DNA of 64,000 nt. Origin: an uncultured Bacillota bacterium (GTDB lineage Bacteria > Bacillota > DTU025 > MWDF01). Below, in pieces: positions 62,370-64,000 of the stretch (position 1 is its first letter; each line of letters starts with the position of its first letter). Location of the stretch: the NCBI GenBank assembly GCA_963823655.1, contig CAWGMK010000005.1:1-64000 (forward strand). Direction: 5' to 3'. The notes beneath the pieces were generated by a model. It had not been told where the DNA came from. It saw nothing but the letters and a program-made list of their open reading frames with translations, and did not search any database. The position numbers and the translations under genes are program-made.

Positions 62370-64000
62370 GTGAAGACAGATGTGATAGTAATCGGAGCCG
62401 GCCTATCAGGCCTTGCTGCTGCGAGCTTGCTTGCAAAACGGGGGCTCAAAGTGACAGTAGTGGAGCACACATTCAAGCCGGGCGGCTCATGCGGCATCTT
62501 CAAGCGCAATGGTGCGATATTCGACCAGGGCTCTGCAATGATGTACGGCTTCGGCAAGAGAGGTTTCAACTCTCACCGCTTCATCTTCAACGCTCTTGAA
62601 GAGCCGATAGACGTAATAAAGAACGATTTCCTCTACGATGTCTACTACAAGGGGAAGAGGATAAGATTCCACCACGACATCGACAAATACATAGATGAGC
62701 TGGCCCAGGTCTTCCCTCGCGAGAAGAATAACCTCAAGCGCTTCTATAAGGATATGCAAGCACTTTACGAAAACGTAATAGCCGGGGATCCGAACTTCAC
62801 CACGCCCGACCAGACGGACCCCAAGGACGGGCTCAGACAGGTAATGAAGCATCCCGTATCCTTTGCCAAGTTTCTGAGCTTCCTTAATAGAAGCACCAAG
62901 AGCGTACTCAAAGCCTATTTCAAGGATGATGAGATCCTTTCATACTTCAACAAGCTCACCTCTACATACTGCTACACTGACGTGGCCGAGACGCCCGCCG
63001 TTATGGCTGCCGTCATGTTCGTGGACAATCACATGGGAGGAAGCTTCTACCCGAAGGGCTCCACCATGTTCGTTCCTGGCAAGCTCGAAAAGTCGATCGA
63101 GGAGAACGGCGGCCTTATGCTCTACGAAAAGACCGTCACCAAGATCATAATCGAGGACAACCGCGCCAAAGGCGTCGTGCTTGACGACGGGAGCGAGATT
63201 AGGGCCGATTACGTGGTCTATTCCGGCACCGTATGGAACCTGTACGGCAAGCTTTTGGACAAGGCAGTAGTCACCGAACGCAGGGCTAAATGGGCCGCCC
63301 GGATGAGGGCATCATATCCGAGCGTGGTCATGTACACGATAGTCAAAAAGGACGTTATCCCTGCTGGTACAAGCCCGATAACGCTCTTTTCGAACGATAA
63401 GGACGGCCTCGACGACAGCGAGGTCACCACCTACATATTCAGCATAGACGAGCCTGGGCTTTGCCCTTCCGACTGCCATGTCGTCACCGCAATCGGGCCC
63501 ACCTACAAGGGCTGGCCGGAATACTCCGAAGGATATGAGAAGTCAGAGCACTACAAGGCCATGAAGAAGGCCGAGGAGGAGCGCCTGCTTGCGCTTCTTG
63601 AGTCGAAATTCCCCGGCTTCAGGAAAGCAGTGGTCCACAAGGAAGTGTCGACTCCGCTTACCATAGAGAAGTACGCCATGAAGAACAAGGGCAGCGTGGC
63701 GGGCCCTTTGCAGGCAATGGGACAGCACATGTTCCGCAGGCTTCACATAAAGTCAGAGTACGCAGGGCTTTTCTGCTGCGGCGAATCTACGATCCTGGGA
63801 ACGGGCACCCCGACTGTAACGGTATCTGGCATCAGCGCAGCAAATGCGATATTGAAAGAGAAGGGCCTTGAGCGGTTCAAGTTCCATGAAGGTATGAAGG
63901 ATTACGTGAAGGAGCTTCCAGCTCACAGGCCTGGCGAAAAGGCAGCGCCTCTGTTGGCATCGGACGCGCCGGAGCTAACCCGGAAGGCGTTCAGGTGCGA
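62370..64000 (+). CDS. Phytoene desaturase/carotenoid isomerase-like FAD-dependent oxidoreductase (3' partial)
   Basis: Absent from the ORF track because it runs off the window. GGAGG then GTG; VIVIGAGLSGL, PGGSCG.F.R, YPKG, STPLT, LFCCGES..G.G.P.V..SG..AA. Confidence 0.85.
   Translation, partial: MKTDVIVIGAGLSGLAAASLLAKRGLKVTVVEHTFKPGGSCGIFKRNGAIFDQGSAMMYGFGKRGFNSHRFIFNALEEPIDVIKNDFLYDVYYKGKRIRFHHDIDKYIDELAQVFPREKNNLKRFYKDMQALYENVIAGDPNFTTPDQTDPKDGLRQVMKHPVSFAKFLSFLNRSTKSVLKAYFKDDEILSYFNKLTSTYCYTDVAETPAVMAAVMFVDNHMGGSFYPKGSTMFVPGKLEKSIEENGGLMLYEKTVTKIIIEDNRAKGVVLDDGSEIRADYVVYSGTVWNLYGKLLDKAVVTERRAKWAARMRASYPSVVMYTIVKKDVIPAGTSPITLFSNDKDGLDDSEVTTYIFSIDEPGLCPSDCHVVTAIGPTYKGWPEYSEGYEKSEHYKAMKKAEEERLLALLESKFPGFRKAVVHKEVSTPLTIEKYAMKNKGSVAGPLQAMGQHMFRRLHIKSEYAGLFCCGESTILGTGTPTVTVSGISAANAILKEKGLERFKFHEGMKDYVKELPAHRPGEKAAPLLASDAPELTRKAFRC

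Noticed and set aside
1-64000. Many overlapping or antisense ORFs of 60-230 aa
   Set aside because: They are shadows of well-supported genes in GC-rich DNA, with no motifs or SD sites.
1-64000. CRISPR arrays, tRNA/rRNA, IS elements, integrases, Sec/Pyl readthrough
   Set aside because: None recognised by eye; intergenic regions are short and non-repetitive, and recognisable genes are split by frameshifts rather than in-frame TGA/TAG.

Overview
GC-rich chromosomal segment, probably from an anaerobic Bacillota-type bacterium (strong GGAGG Shine-Dalgarno sites, sigma-A-like promoters; taxonomy is inferred). It is mostly a series of catabolic gene clusters: (1) PucR regulator, M20 amidohydrolase, racemase, Liv-type ABC transporter, cyclase and sugar-phosphate epimerase; (2) an AbgB-like amidohydrolase with a signal peptide; (3) a PucR-linked operon in which a W/Mo aldehyde:ferredoxin oxidoreductase module and DUF1177 are interleaved with a Liv-type ABC transporter; (4) a ~15 kb sugar-catabolism locus built around a RuBisCO-like protein (form IV), with Tm-1-like protein, lactonase, three class II aldolases, RpiB, TIM-like isomerase, FGGY kinase and phosphomutase; (5) Crp regulator, DapA-like lyase and TAXI-TRAP transporter; (6) kdgK, flavoprotein, Zn-ADH and OYE; (7) an AT-richer island encoding PLD-helicase, NTP pyrophosphohydrolase and HIT, a candidate anti-phage system; (8) an RpiR-regulated sugar-acid operon; (9) a truncated phytoene-desaturase-like gene. 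About 13 single-base frameshifts, mostly in short homopolymers, look like long-read consensus errors. No rRNA, tRNA, CRISPR array or transposase was recognised. All family calls come from motifs read by eye, not from database searches.
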